Of a DNA stretch of 33,575 bases, positions 32,501-33,575 are shown one piece after another. This DNA comes from Octopus bimaculoides (taxonomy: Eukaryota), in the NCBI RefSeq assembly GCF_001194135.2, contig NC_068999.1:15209552-15243126 (forward strand). Reading direction: 5' to 3'. The position numbers and the translations under genes were made by a program. Below the pieces are notes generated by a model, which was not told the origin of the DNA, made no database searches, and saw only the letters and a program-made list of their open reading frames with translations. How positions within the stretch are numbered: position 1 is the first letter of the stretch; each line of letters opens with the position of its first letter.

Positions 32501-33354
32501 TGAATGTATGCACCAATGAATGTATCCATGCGTAGTGGTCTTTATTTGTGTGCATATTACAATATATGCGTGTTGCGATACGTGTTGGTTTGTGTATAAA
32601 TATTGCATCATAATTGGTATGAAAGCTTTGGCAGCATTTCATTTAATCTTCTATATTCGATAAATAAATATAAGTATCGCCTTCACCGTTTATGCTTCTT
32701 TTTGTTTCATCAAATTTCTATCTCAAATATCATCAACACTTTGATGATATTTGCTAATATGGTGAAGGTGACAATGAAAACCGAATTACTTGTCTAAACT
32801 TATTCTTTCCGTTTGTTACACCACCCTAAATTATTCTCATTATTTTTTTCTGGTGTTTGCTTTTCTAGTTTCAATATTAAAATAACAATGCTTTGATGTA
32901 TAGAATATATATTTCGCATTACGTTTCAATAACGTGATATATTCTTTAGTCTATAAAGATGAAAGAAAACGTAAAAAAAATCTATGATTCATATAAATTA
33001 TCATAGGAAGAAATTATACTTAGTGTATTGTGCCAAAAATATATTGATTTTTTTGTTTGTTTATTTGCTTTTATTAAGCTTATTTATTTGTTTTTCGATA
33101 GGCATGACATATGACAATTGAAATGAGTAGAATTCGCTACAATCTTTCTTTTCCTCCATCATTAAGACTCTGTTTGGCTTTGTTCCAACGGATGATTGTT
33201 GTCGAGTGTGGACAGATTTTATTCAGTAATTTTCTTAGCACTGTACAGAAAACAAATAGACTCAAATATACATGCATAGTTATATATGAATATATATATT
33301 CGCATATATACATATATATATATATATATAAGCAATGTTAATTCTCTAAATGAA

Positions 33355-33575
33355 GTATTAACAGTAACTGCACGATAAAGTGTAGTATATTGCCACTTAA
33401 GTGTGGCTGACCCCTAGGGGTGGATGTTACTGTTGCTTTTAGCCCCAGGAGGACATCTCCTCCAGCTGGCTTATCGACACACGACTGTGTCCTGTTTGCC
33501 AAGGGAAGTTATCCCTTTCACCTCGATCTGCAGCACGAACGTATCCGGATTCCAGGGTTATTTCACCAAGGTCAT
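33355..33575 (-). mobile_element. Second copy of the type D interspersed repeat, cut by the window end
   Basis: gccacttaagtgt...tgttactgttgcttttagccccaggaggacatctcctccagctggc aligns with the reverse complement of 16190-16335. Confidence 0.65.

Overview
AT-rich eukaryotic non-coding DNA, intergenic or intronic. The SINE sequences, Penelope and mariner relics, dense (CA)n/(TA)n/(GATA)n microsatellites and 8 N-gaps at simple repeats point to an octopus-type cephalopod short-read scaffold (inference; no database search was possible). I found no intact protein-coding gene, rRNA, tRNA gene or CRISPR array. The window is mostly decayed mobile DNA: one full-length dead mariner with TIRs and TA target duplication (6562-7854), further Tc1/mariner relics, CR1/L2-like and RTE-like LINE fragments, three to four Penelope-like (PLE) fragments, and about ten copies of four tRNA-headed SINE types, two with clear target-site duplications. 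Two things stand out. (1) A minimal type I hammerhead-ribozyme motif with a palindromic stem III lies at the 3' end of a PLE fragment (3862-3910), with a second, decayed one at 11054-11098. (2) Four separate, diverged fold-back palindromes occur: about 450 bp at 4713-5165, 285 bp at 9372-9656, about 170 bp at 15956-16124, and about 3.3 kb at 17670-21010. Two of them turn around inside SINE sequence. Identities are hand estimates, and family names come from motif recognition only.
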